In this document: in pieces, positions 9,131 to 18,046 of the stretch
Layout: the number at the start of each line of letters is the position of its first letter
Position numbering within the stretch: the stretch's first letter is position 1
Source: Candidatus Nanoarchaeia archaeon
GTDB taxonomy: Archaea > Nanobdellota > Nanobdellia > Woesearchaeales > ARS49
Direction of reading: 5' to 3'
Assembly (NCBI GenBank): GCA_035292785.1
Contig: DATDPK010000052.1
Location: 1-49,311, forward strand
Length of the DNA: 49,311 bases
Notes under the pieces: generated by a model
Databases searched by the model: none
What the model was told of the DNA's origin: nothing
Seen by the model: the letters and a program-made list of their open reading frames with translations, nothing else
Position numbers and translations under genes: made by a program

Positions 9131-10520
9131 CCCAAATTCTATACCAGCAATTGCCAGACTGCTTGTCGAAAGCACGCTTGAATTTTGAGTCCAGCAAAAC
9201 CTGCAATTGATCAGTATTACAGTTTTGACCTATAGCGCACATTATTCCCCCGCCACAATTGTCAAGGAAAACGTATGAAATTCTCTCTGAGTGCAGTGAG
9301 GCGTAATCGTAAAAGTCATGCAATAATCCCTCATCAAAAATAGGATAATAAATTTTTTCCAACTTTGCATCAGTATGGGCGGCGATGATGGGGTTGGAAG
9401 TCCAGACTTCACCAGAAGGCTTGTCTTCAAGGAATGCAAAATACTCCTCTTCAACAGGGTTAGGAACTTGACGTTCGTTTCCGAAATAAAACAACAGAGT
9501 TGTATGAAGCATCCAAGCGCCCAAAGCTATGAACACAATGATGATTATTGCCTTTTTAATCTCGGGTTTCTCCAAAAACTTCGGCATTTTGAATGGAATA
9601 TGCCCCAGCGCGGTCAGCATTGCCACAAAAGGCAAGAACAATGTCAAATAGCGATAATCACGACAGCTCAACTGCATATGGTAAAAAAGAGGAATGGCGA
9701 GGCATAGAACAAAGAGCAGCCATTTCCTTGACCAGTTCTTCAACAAAATAAAAAAGCCAATAATTGCAACAAAGTGCAGTTTTGTCTCACTAAAGACAAG
9801 CCACCAAAAATAATGCCACCATTCCCTGCCATGAATAACATTACAGCCGAGCACACGCTTAATGGCATCAGATGCAGCAATAAGAGTAGCAAAAGGACTG
9901 CCATAAACAAGCCAGCTCCACGCAAAATAAGGAATGGAAAAAATAGAAAAACCTGAAGCAACCAGCAAAGCGGGCTTAAACTTCTTCTCAGTCAATGCAA
10001 CAATTAAAAGCAGGGCGACAAAAATTCCTGCATTAAACTTTGCAAGAAAAGCAAGCCCTGCGGATAACCCAGATAAAAAGAAACGCCCGCGAACAAACAG
10101 ATAAACTGCCAACAGAGAAAAGAAAGTTGAAGGAATCTCAGTATACTGATGAAAGCCCAGATAGAAAACAACAGGGCTTAAAGCAACAATCAGGCTGGCC
10201 AGAAGAGCAGTCTGCTCATCAAACCAATGCCGAGCAATAAGATAGACGAGCAAAACAACACCACACGACAAAAGAATAGAAAAGAGCCTTCCAAACAAAA
10301 CAGGATCAAGACCAAGACTCCAGAAAAGACCAAGAACAAAAGGAACAAAAGGAGGACGAATGTGCTCCCACAAGCCGCTTTCACCCCCGCTAAAAATGTA
10401 TTTGCCCATTCCAATGTAAACACCGCTGTCCCACCACACTTCGTGCCAGCTGAAAGCAAAAAAAAGCCTTAACAGTAAGGCAAATGCGATAATGATTAAC
10501 AAGGGCACGTTTTTTTTCAT
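9120..10520 (-). CDS. GT-C fold membrane glycosyltransferase (GT39/ArnT/PMT_2-like)
   Basis: 466 aa. About 11 TMs plus a C-terminal soluble domain. First-loop acidic motif (HEVWWDSGVY). Last gene of a five-gene overlapping operon. Confidence 0.7.
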   Translation of the reverse strand: MKKNVPLLIIIAFALLLRLFFAFSWHEVWWDSGVYIGMGKYIFSGGESGLWEHIRPPFVPFVLGLFWSLGLDPVLFGRLFSILLSCGVVLLVYLIARHWFDEQTALLASLIVALSPVVFYLGFHQYTEIPSTFFSLLAVYLFVRGRFFLSGLSAGLAFLAKFNAGIFVALLLIVALTEKKFKPALLVASGFSIFSIPYFAWSWLVYGSPFATLIAASDAIKRVLGCNVIHGREWWHYFWWLVFSETKLHFVAIIGFFILLKNWSRKWLLFVLCLAIPLFYHMQLSCRDYRYLTLFLPFVAMLTALGHIPFKMPKFLEKPEIKKAIIIIVFIALGAWMLHTTLLFYFGNERQVPNPVEEEYFAFLEDKPSGEVWTSNPIIAAHTDAKLEKIYYPIFDEGLLHDFYDYASLHSERISYVFLDNCGGGIMCAIGQNCNTDQLQVLLDSKFKRAFDKQSGNCWYRIWVKV

Positions 10521-12628
10521 TTTAGATTAGGATCGTCGAAAGTTGCCTGAGGAAACTCGCGCAACAATTTCTGACCATACGGATAAGATGCAGAGTGGAA
10601 GACTATAACCTTGCGGGAAGGATCTTCCTCGAGCCACATTTTAACTTCTTCATAATCATTCTTATTGAAAATCCTGGTGGCAAGCACAGTAGCATTAATT
10701 TCACGAGCTTTATTGGTTGCTTTATTCATCTGACCAAAATCATCAAGAGAAACATAAGTGACATTAACGCCAGCACTTTGCAGAATTTCCATATACGATG
10801 CAGGTGTTTGATAATACCACAAGGCATAAGCACCATCAGTAGAATTCACAGCAACAAAACGCTCACTTAAATCAAATTCAAGAGGGCGACCGCCAATAAC
10901 AGCGGTTTCGTTCTCAATCATTATAGGAGGGCTGCCAACAAGAGAAAGATTATGCCCCAAAGCGAGATAAACATATTTGTCAGGGAAACAGGCAACAGGA
11001 ATTCCACTATCGCTCAAATACTTTGCAGCATAAACCTTGCCAGGATGGTCGCAATCGCTTATGACGGCTGAAACATTATTACGCAAAGACTGCTCAACAA
11101 GCATATTCACGCCGTGCGTATCGATAATGACTGCCAAATCTCTTCTAAGGAAACGCGTGGTAGGATATAACAGCTTGTCCAGAGGAACTTCAAACCTGAA
11201 CACACCCTTGTCATCAGAAGCAAACCACCTGCTGCCCTTTTTTGCAACAAGAGTGCCAACAGCAGACAAATGAGTGAGGTTAACTTTTTTCAAATCACGA
11301 ACCCTTGCGCCCTCGTGCCAGCCAATTTCAGGCAAAAGCTCAGACTCATTAGATTTCAAACGCTCTGAAAACGTGACAAGAATATCGCCTTTGAATGGAT
11401 TTTGCAACTGCCCGCCCAACCAATCCCTGTACACCCTGTCTGTCTGAGACAGAATAGTGCTTGAAGAGTTCAGAATGATTTTTGTGCTTCCAATAATGAA
11501 TGAAGAGGAAAGCTTATGCAGTTCCGGCACAATAGGAGAAGTATAACCAGAAATCACAGTAAAATTAGAACTTACAGCATTGTCATCAAAAACCAACTTC
11601 TGACTTTTGCCGCCTGCAAGATTAAACAAAAGCTTAGCCCTTGGCAAATTGCCAGCTTTCTTCCATTCCTCGGCAGCAGCACGCAGGAAAGCAGGCCTAT
11701 TTCGGCCGCAGCCCAAAGAAGCACTTGTTTCAAATATTAGGGCACGCTCTTCAGGGTTTGTGCTGTTAACCCTGTCAAAATATTCCAAAGAACTGCAAAT
11801 AATAGAATCATTCTTCAACAAACGACCCATAATCAAGAGAGCATCGCCGCGCGCAAAAGTGTCTGCAGACTCGTTGCTTACAATGACTTGCAGCTGATCG
11901 AGCAATAAAGAGGTGTTGATTCCAGCTGCATTCGGAGTAAACATAAAATCATACGGCGAAACATAAGGATCAGCTCTCCTCAAAAACCGGTTAATGGTAG
12001 CATTCAAAGGACCTGTGAAAATCAAGCCCTCGTGTTTTTCATCATTAATTATCAAAGTAGGTGCAGAAGAAATATTATAGTATTGAGCAAACACGCTGAC
12101 CAAAGGCTCATCCTTGTAATCCTTGTCCAAAGAAAGGACAATCAACTGCTTCTCATATTCCCTGCTCAAATCCTGAAGGATAAAACCCTGGCGCTCGCTC
12201 TGCTTGTCATCGATTTCATAAAAGAACACAATAGGAAGATAAGGATTATTGCATTCCTGATTCAATTTTTGGATTAATGAAAGGAAACGGAACTCAAGAA
12301 GAAAATATTTTCTCTTAAGATAATCGTAATCAGTCCTCCTGAAAAAACTAAAACGGCTATAAGTCCCCAAATCCTCCCCAACAATCCTGATTTCATCCTT
12401 AAGGGAGGAAATACGAGACTCCATAATCGCGCATTCCTCTCCGCCAAATTCCTCTGTGAAGAAACTCTCAACCTGATACGCCTCGCTGTCAATCTCGTGG
12501 TTGCGCATAACATCAACAATGGAGGATATACGGAAAACATCAAGCCAATGATTAAGAAGAATACCAATAGCAAAAATCAATATTGTCAGAAGCAAACTTG
12601 TCCACAATATTCGCCTTCTTTCATCCAT
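10517..12628 (-). CDS. membrane-anchored protein: N-terminal TM, CxxC-less thioredoxin-like domain, large uncharacterised C-terminal domain
   Basis: 703 aa. The N-terminal ~215 aa are paralogous to the next gene (IVFFYEIDDKQSERQG ... SAPTLIIN). Many N-x-S/T sequons. ATGA overlap at 10517-10520. Confidence 0.6.
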   Translation of the reverse strand: MDERRRILWTSLLLTILIFAIGILLNHWLDVFRISSIVDVMRNHEIDSEAYQVESFFTEEFGGEECAIMESRISSLKDEIRIVGEDLGTYSRFSFFRRTDYDYLKRKYFLLEFRFLSLIQKLNQECNNPYLPIVFFYEIDDKQSERQGFILQDLSREYEKQLIVLSLDKDYKDEPLVSVFAQYYNISSAPTLIINDEKHEGLIFTGPLNATINRFLRRADPYVSPYDFMFTPNAAGINTSLLLDQLQVIVSNESADTFARGDALLIMGRLLKNDSIICSSLEYFDRVNSTNPEERALIFETSASLGCGRNRPAFLRAAAEEWKKAGNLPRAKLLFNLAGGKSQKLVFDDNAVSSNFTVISGYTSPIVPELHKLSSSFIIGSTKIILNSSSTILSQTDRVYRDWLGGQLQNPFKGDILVTFSERLKSNESELLPEIGWHEGARVRDLKKVNLTHLSAVGTLVAKKGSRWFASDDKGVFRFEVPLDKLLYPTTRFLRRDLAVIIDTHGVNMLVEQSLRNNVSAVISDCDHPGKVYAAKYLSDSGIPVACFPDKYVYLALGHNLSLVGSPPIMIENETAVIGGRPLEFDLSERFVAVNSTDGAYALWYYQTPASYMEILQSAGVNVTYVSLDDFGQMNKATNKAREINATVLATRIFNKNDYEEVKMWLEEDPSRKVIVFHSASYPYGQKLLREFPQATFDDPNLK

Positions 12629-13250
12629 GGAGCAACGGAGCTATTTTTTCCTCGTCGGATACCCCAACCAACTTGCTTTTAAAATTAACAATAATCACAG
12701 GTGCCTCAGTCATTTCGTAATAATCCTCCAAAAATCCAAGCTCCTTTGAATATTGGAATTCAACTGCAAAAACCTTCAAATCGTACTTTTCAACCAAAGC
12801 ATCAAGAATATTGCCCTGCTCTTCGCTATTTGCATCGTTCTGCTTGAAGTAGAATAAAATGACGTTCACATTATTTTGGCAGTCCTTCTGCAGTTTTTGA
12901 TATAAAACATAAGTACGAATCTGCATCAAATGATATTTCATCTTAAGAAAAGCATAATCTTCCGGACCAAGCGCCTGCACAGGCTTAGGGCCTGACAGGG
13001 CTTTTCCAAGATTCCAAAGCTCTTCGCTCAAGGAAGACAAACGCTTTTCTGCAAGCCCGCAATTTGTTTCAAAACTTGAAAACAACTCCTGCTCAACCAA
13101 AAAACTTTCCGCGCTAAGCTCAGACTGCTTCAAAACCCTGGAAACATCATCTGCACCGCCGGAATTCCAGGCATTGCCAACAAGCACTCCAATTACAAAA
13201 ACAACACAAACAAGCAAAAAAGTGACCAGCCAAACCTGACGATGCCTCAT
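12621..13250 (-). CDS. membrane-anchored CxxC-less thioredoxin-like protein (paralog of the N-terminus of 10517..12628)
   Basis: 209 aa from the ATG at 13248-13250 (MRHRQVWLV), which forms an ATGA overlap with the upstream stop. The track start at 13262 is TTG. Trx-like beta-alpha-beta with ILFYFKQNDANSEEQG and a cis-Pro-like APVIIV. Confidence 0.6.
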   Translation of the reverse strand: MRHRQVWLVTFLLVCVVFVIGVLVGNAWNSGGADDVSRVLKQSELSAESFLVEQELFSSFETNCGLAEKRLSSLSEELWNLGKALSGPKPVQALGPEDYAFLKMKYHLMQIRTYVLYQKLQKDCQNNVNVILFYFKQNDANSEEQGNILDALVEKYDLKVFAVEFQYSKELGFLEDYYEMTEAPVIIVNFKSKLVGVSDEEKIAPLLHG

Positions 13251-14569
13251 CTTACCTTCCAAACCTCAAATTCAACACCTTCCTTGATTTTTTTAAACCT
13301 TTCGCTATTCGCCACAACAAAAGCCAAACCCTGCTCGTCACGCTCCCACACAAGGCCTCGCCTCATTTCCCTTGAAAGAAGCACGTAATCAACGTCGTAT
13401 TTTCTCAAAAGAAACATCGTATCCTCCAAAGAAGCGCTTGAAAACATGGCCGTAACATCCCAATAAAGCGCCTCGGCATCAGGAGCCCTCTTCCAAAATG
13501 GGTCAATAACCGCCTTGTGCCCTGAAAATTCAACCCAAAACCCGTATGACTCGTGGGTCAACACAACGCCTTCAGGAATATCGAGAACCTCAAAAAATTC
13601 AGGAACAGGAGGCAAATCAGCAAGCGCATTTGCGTGAGCGATGGAGCTGAACAGCAGACCGCAGAACAGGACAAGCAAAGAGGCATTGCGCAAGAATGAA
13701 AGCTTCCATTTTCTTTCTGCAAGACGGGCAAGCGCAACGCCGACAAGGCCTGAGACCATAATATTGGCATAAACAAGCAAAGACGGGAAAAAGAAACTAA
13801 TAATGAAAAAAACACAGGACACTGCAAATGCACTGTAATAATTCCTCTTATGCGACCAAACCAAGGCAATTCCGACAATAGAAAGCAAGATTGCAAACAA
13901 GCTCAAGCCATAAATCCCGCCCAAATCGCTGACAAACTGCAGGAGAGAGCGGGGTATGTCAACTGTTGGCGGACTTTCGCGAGCCAACAAAAGAGCAACA
14001 GAGCCAAGCGCAAACAAGACATTTTTACTAAAACCAAGCCAGACACCCAATACAAGCAAAAATGCAAGCGATGCAAGAATCGCCAATGCACCTGAAAGAG
14101 CGGCAATTACAAAAAATAAAACACCAACAAACCACAATTTTTCACGGCAAAGCAATATTGCGCCAAGAAGAATCGAGCACAAAGCAAAACCGTTGGGATT
14201 GCCGAGCAAACTAAGCGAAACAAGAATCGGGGACAAGGCGTAAGCCAAGAGAATCCAAACCTGAACTTTTACAGGCACTTTAACAGTCCGCAAAAACAGC
14301 CAGAATAAAATAAATGAGAGAAATGCAAAAAATGCAGGAACTAACCTGAAAGCCCAATAACCAAACAAGCCGTAAGCAAATGAAAGAACAGCATCATAAG
14401 GCTGTGAAACCGAACCTTCAACCGCCATACGAGCGTGATAATAAGGCTCGATTCCTGCAATCGTATAATTATCATCAGCAAAGCGAAGATGATGAGGCAA
14501 AAGCACCATAATAAGAGCAAGAGCCGCCAAAAGATACAGCTGCCTCATGCGACCACTCTCATATGACAT
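13247..14569 (-). CDS. GT-C fold membrane glycosyltransferase, short STT3/AglB-like candidate
   Basis: 440 aa. First-loop motif DDNYTIAGIEPYYHARM, polytopic core, C-terminal soluble domain with THESYGFWVEFSGHKAVID. An alternative ATGA-coupled start exists at 14548. Confidence 0.55.
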   Translation of the reverse strand: MSYESGRMRQLYLLAALALIMVLLPHHLRFADDNYTIAGIEPYYHARMAVEGSVSQPYDAVLSFAYGLFGYWAFRLVPAFFAFLSFILFWLFLRTVKVPVKVQVWILLAYALSPILVSLSLLGNPNGFALCSILLGAILLCREKLWFVGVLFFVIAALSGALAILASLAFLLVLGVWLGFSKNVLFALGSVALLLARESPPTVDIPRSLLQFVSDLGGIYGLSLFAILLSIVGIALVWSHKRNYYSAFAVSCVFFIISFFFPSLLVYANIMVSGLVGVALARLAERKWKLSFLRNASLLVLFCGLLFSSIAHANALADLPPVPEFFEVLDIPEGVVLTHESYGFWVEFSGHKAVIDPFWKRAPDAEALYWDVTAMFSSASLEDTMFLLRKYDVDYVLLSREMRRGLVWERDEQGLAFVVANSERFKKIKEGVEFEVWKVR

Positions 14570-16020
14570 TTAGGATTTTTCTCATAAATAATCACATTGG
14601 CAGAATACACGCGCTTGAAGCACCGGCTGCCTGAAAAACCAATATCTTTTGAGTCAGGAGGAACAAAAAGATAATCAGCATTGTACTTGTCAAACAAACT
14701 CACGGCCTCGGTTTCCAAAACAGTCCGGAATATACGGTTAACATCTGCCAGCCTTTCAGCGGGCTGCCTTCTCAGGAGAAAATAAGAATCAATCACGTTT
14801 TTGCGCCCTGCAATCGCAGCAATGTAATTTCCATAATCCACAGGAGCCATAACAGTTGAGTCAGCAGGCGTGTTCTGCTTCAGCCATTCCAAAGAGGCAA
14901 CTTCTTCTGCAGTGATTGTTTTCGAGGCAACAGCCTTGGCTTCTGTAAATGCAGGCAAAACTGAAGTCAGGAATACAAGAAGCATACAAAAAGAGCAGAT
15001 AAAATTACCATATCTGGATGCCTTTGTCTGACGAATGAAATCCATCAAAAGCAACAGCCAATCGCTGAACAGAAGGACAAGAAAAACGCCAAGCAGCATC
15101 AAACCAGTTTCCACATCAAGCAACTTAAGCCACAACAATCCAAAAACAGCAGCTGAAAAACTGAACAAAACATAAGCGTCTCTTTGATGCTCCCGGAAGA
15201 CGTATTTGTAAAGAACATAAGTTCCACCAATCAAAGGAAGAACGCCAACCTGCCACAACGCGCCAAGAACAGAAACCTGGGCAAAATGCTCAGACAACAA
15301 CTGGCTCGGGATGTTCTGCCAGATTACGGCAGGACCGTGGAACAAAATCAATTTCTTATACAATAAGAATTGAGCCCACAATGCAAAGAACAGAGAGAAT
15401 AATGCAAGCTCAAGCTCAGCCAAAGACTGCTTAAAACGCTCTGCCATTGCCAAGCCGACATAAACAGCCATGCCAAGAACGAAGACCAATGAAAGCGGGT
15501 GAAGGAAAACAAAGAAAAGAAGGCCGGCGAGGAAAGTGAGAACCCAGGAACGCCTTGGAACACGCAGCCAAGCATAAACCAAGAATATGAACAAAGGAAT
15601 TGCCAGCGAAAGAGGAGAAACCTGATTTATAGTATTTGCAAAGAACACAGGCACAAAACCGCCAAGCAATGCGCTGAACAAGGCAATCCAATGCTTCCTT
15701 GTCAAATGGAAAGCAATAAGGTAAACAGGAAATACTATCAGGGAAGCAAATAAATTGGGCACGATTTTCAATGCATTCGGGATGAATAGAGCAAAAAATG
15801 CAAGCAGGTAGTCAAACAAAGGACTCAATACTAATGTTCTGCCACCATAACCAAGCGAGTCATCCCACAAAGGAGCGCCTGTCTGCAAAATGTTCTCAAC
15901 ATATCTAACGTGCAAATAAGCACCGTCAGAAGTGAAAAAAGGAGTCTGGAATGCGAAAAACAGACGGGCAAGTAACACCAACAGAAAGATGCCTACAAGC
16001 CCCACCCACGATTTACCCAT
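14545..16020 (-). CDS. GT-C fold membrane glycosyltransferase, short STT3/AglB-like candidate
   Basis: 491 aa from the ATG at 16018-16020; the track start at 16035 is TTG. First loop TSDGAYLHVRY. C-terminal domain LEWLKQNTPADSTVMAPVDYGNYIAAIAGRKNVID resembles the region around the STT3 WWDYG motif. Confidence 0.6.
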   Translation of the reverse strand: MGKSWVGLVGIFLLVLLARLFFAFQTPFFTSDGAYLHVRYVENILQTGAPLWDDSLGYGGRTLVLSPLFDYLLAFFALFIPNALKIVPNLFASLIVFPVYLIAFHLTRKHWIALFSALLGGFVPVFFANTINQVSPLSLAIPLFIFLVYAWLRVPRRSWVLTFLAGLLFFVFLHPLSLVFVLGMAVYVGLAMAERFKQSLAELELALFSLFFALWAQFLLYKKLILFHGPAVIWQNIPSQLLSEHFAQVSVLGALWQVGVLPLIGGTYVLYKYVFREHQRDAYVLFSFSAAVFGLLWLKLLDVETGLMLLGVFLVLLFSDWLLLLMDFIRQTKASRYGNFICSFCMLLVFLTSVLPAFTEAKAVASKTITAEEVASLEWLKQNTPADSTVMAPVDYGNYIAAIAGRKNVIDSYFLLRRQPAERLADVNRIFRTVLETEAVSLFDKYNADYLFVPPDSKDIGFSGSRCFKRVYSANVIIYEKNPKCHMRVVA

Positions 16021-16042
16021 ACGATATAATTGCAATAGGAGC

Positions 16043-16050
16043 TTTATAAA
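16043..16050 (-). promoter_or_regulatory. TATA-like box (tttataaa) for the GT-C/Trx-like operon
   Basis: Centre is 26-27 nt upstream of the ATG at 16020 on the minus strand. Confidence 0.4.
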
Positions 16051-16079
16051 GGTTTATACGATAAAACTTATACACAAAG

Positions 16080-16087
16080 TATAAAAA
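16080..16087 (+). promoter_or_regulatory. TATA-like box (tataaaaa) for radB
   Basis: Centre is 26-27 nt upstream of the ATG at 16110. Confidence 0.4.
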
Positions 16088-16109
16088 GCAAGTTCACGTA
16101 AAAAAAGAC

Positions 16110-16793
16110 ATGCAGAACAAGAGGGTGTCAACAGGAACAAAAATTCTGGATGATTTGCTGGAAGGCGGATATGAGACAGACGCCATAACAACGATTTATG
16201 GGCCGGCCGGAGCAGGCAAGACAAATTTGGCGCTATTGGCCGCAATAGAGACAGCAAAACAAGGCAAAAAAGTCATCTTTATCGATACAGAAGGAGGATT
16301 CAGTGTTGCGCGCTTAAAACAGCTGATGCCGGATTACAAGAGATTGCTTGACAGAATAATGTTCCTAAGGCCAACAACATTTGAAGAACAAAAAAAGTCG
16401 ATTGAAAGATTAAAAGAAATGGCAACAGGCAAAATAGGGCTAATCATAGTAGATACAATATCAATGCTGTACAGACTGCAAAGAAGCTTCAAAAAAGACG
16501 ACAATTTCAACCACGATTTAAGCATGCAAATGCTGGCATTGAACGAAATAACCAGAAACCACAAAATTCCCGTACTTCTGATAAGCCAAGTCTACCAGTC
16601 ATTGGATACAAACAAGGTAAAAATAGTGGGAGGAGACATACTGGCATACACGAGCAAATGTTTGCTGGAATTACAGCCATTACATTCTGGAAAAAGAAGA
16701 ATCGTATTAAGAAAACACAGAAGCATAGCAGGAGAAAAAGAAGCAATGTTTGAAATAATAGAAAAAGGAATAAAAGAAATTACTCTTCAGTAA
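16110..16793 (+). CDS. radB: RadB-type recombinase paralog (RecA/RadA superfamily ATPase core only)
   Basis: 227 aa. Walker A GPAGAGKTN, Walker B LIIVDTIS, no N-terminal HhH domain. Confidence 0.85.
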   Translation: MQNKRVSTGTKILDDLLEGGYETDAITTIYGPAGAGKTNLALLAAIETAKQGKKVIFIDTEGGFSVARLKQLMPDYKRLLDRIMFLRPTTFEEQKKSIERLKEMATGKIGLIIVDTISMLYRLQRSFKKDDNFNHDLSMQMLALNEITRNHKIPVLLISQVYQSLDTNKVKIVGGDILAYTSKCLLELQPLHSGKRRIVLRKHRSIAGEKEAMFEIIEKGIKEITLQ

Positions 16794-17379
16794 AGTCGTC
16801 AACAGTAAATGACGGCTCCTGGTCTGCAGAAAGCTTATTGCGAATGCGCAAATACTCCCTTGCAAGAATGTAGAATATCAGGCCCAAAGACTTCTTGCCC
16901 TTGTTGTTGCACGGAACAACCAAGTCTATCTCATTCGACTGATTATTAGTATCGCACAAAGCAATAACAGGCATACCAATCTGCATTGCATCCTTGATAG
17001 CATTCTTGTCAGGCCAGCTGTCAGTAACAAGAACAACCTTAACTTCCATATAACTGTCAAGCTGAGGGTTAGTCAAAATGCCAGGAGGATACCTGCCTGC
17101 AAACACTCTGACACCGGTGTGCTTGCCAAAAGCCTTAACAGCCTTCCAGCCGTTTTCCCTTCTGCTGACAACAAGAATGTCCTGCGGTTCAAAGTTGGAC
17201 AAGAGATTGGCAGCAGCCCTGATGCGCTCATCAATCTTCTGCAAGTTCAAAACAGACAAGCCGTCTGGCCTGGTCTTGTAAATAAAAGAATCCATATACT
17301 TGGTTCTAAATTTAGTTCCAATGTGAATACCAGACTTAAGGTATTGATCCTGTGCTACCAAAAAACTTTCTTCCGCCAT
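16780..17379 (-). CDS. rps2: 30S ribosomal protein uS2
   Basis: 199 aa. Archaeal/eukaryotic uS2 signature (YLKSGIHIGTKFRTKYM..., PVIALCDTNN). Confidence 0.95.
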   Translation of the reverse strand: MAEESFLVAQDQYLKSGIHIGTKFRTKYMDSFIYKTRPDGLSVLNLQKIDERIRAAANLLSNFEPQDILVVSRRENGWKAVKAFGKHTGVRVFAGRYPPGILTNPQLDSYMEVKVVLVTDSWPDKNAIKDAMQIGMPVIALCDTNNQSNEIDLVVPCNNKGKKSLGLIFYILAREYLRIRNKLSADQEPSFTVDDFTEE

Positions 17380-17474
17380 TTTCTCTCCCGGTGATTTTTA
17401 TTGCCTCACACCGTACTCGTTCAGTCCAAGCCGGTCTGAACTGTTGGCAATAGATATTGACGACAATAGGTGAT

Positions 17475-18014
17475 TTATAAAGGTTGTGGTGGGAAAACGG
17501 CAATATCCCTGTAAACGTGACCTTCGCCTGTTAATTGGCTTTCAATCAATTTGATATGCTTAACTTCAAAAGAAATTGGCTTAACTTTCAAACTTTTAAT
17601 GTGCTCTGCAAACTGCTTTTTGTCCTTAACAGTTTTAACTCTGGCTAAAGTAATATGAGGCTGGAATTCCTTTTCTTTTGGAAACAAGCCGTGCAAAGCT
17701 TCGTCGATTTGCTTCTGCAAGTTGCAAATAATGTCTTTTGGCTCAAGACCTACCCAGACAACACGAACAGAACTCTCTGAAGGAAAAACTCCGGTGCCGT
17801 CGAGGCTCGCAGTAAAAGGTTCGAATTTGATACTTTCAAGCCTTTTCCTGACTTCCTCTGCTTTTGCTGGAGAAACTTCACCCAAGAATTTCAAAGTAAG
17901 ATGAAAAACTTTTGCCAAAGTAATTTTGGCATTGTCTGTAACCAACTGCTTTTGCAGCAAAGAAAGATGCTGGCCAGCTTCCTTTGACACTTCAAACGCG
18001 ATAAACAATCTCAT
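17475..18014 (-). CDS. ligT: RNA 2',3'-cyclic phosphodiesterase / 2'-5' RNA ligase (2H phosphoesterase)
   Basis: 179 aa. Two HxTL motifs (FHLTLKFLG and PHITLARV). Confidence 0.85.
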   Translation of the reverse strand: MRLFIAFEVSKEAGQHLSLLQKQLVTDNAKITLAKVFHLTLKFLGEVSPAKAEEVRKRLESIKFEPFTASLDGTGVFPSESSVRVVWVGLEPKDIICNLQKQIDEALHGLFPKEKEFQPHITLARVKTVKDKKQFAEHIKSLKVKPISFEVKHIKLIESQLTGEGHVYRDIAVFPPQPL

Positions 18015-18046
18015 AAGAAAAAAGGAAATTAAAGAAAGATAAAAAG

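Noticed and set aside
17380-17474. 95-nt spacer between uS2 and LigT with a 6-bp hairpin (gttcag-n11-ctgaac, 17419-17441) and two ggtgattt(t)ta direct repeats; considered as a tRNA or small RNA.
   Set aside because: There is no cloverleaf and no T-loop (GTTCRAAT-like) sequence. The stem is short. It is more simply a terminator/promoter spacer.
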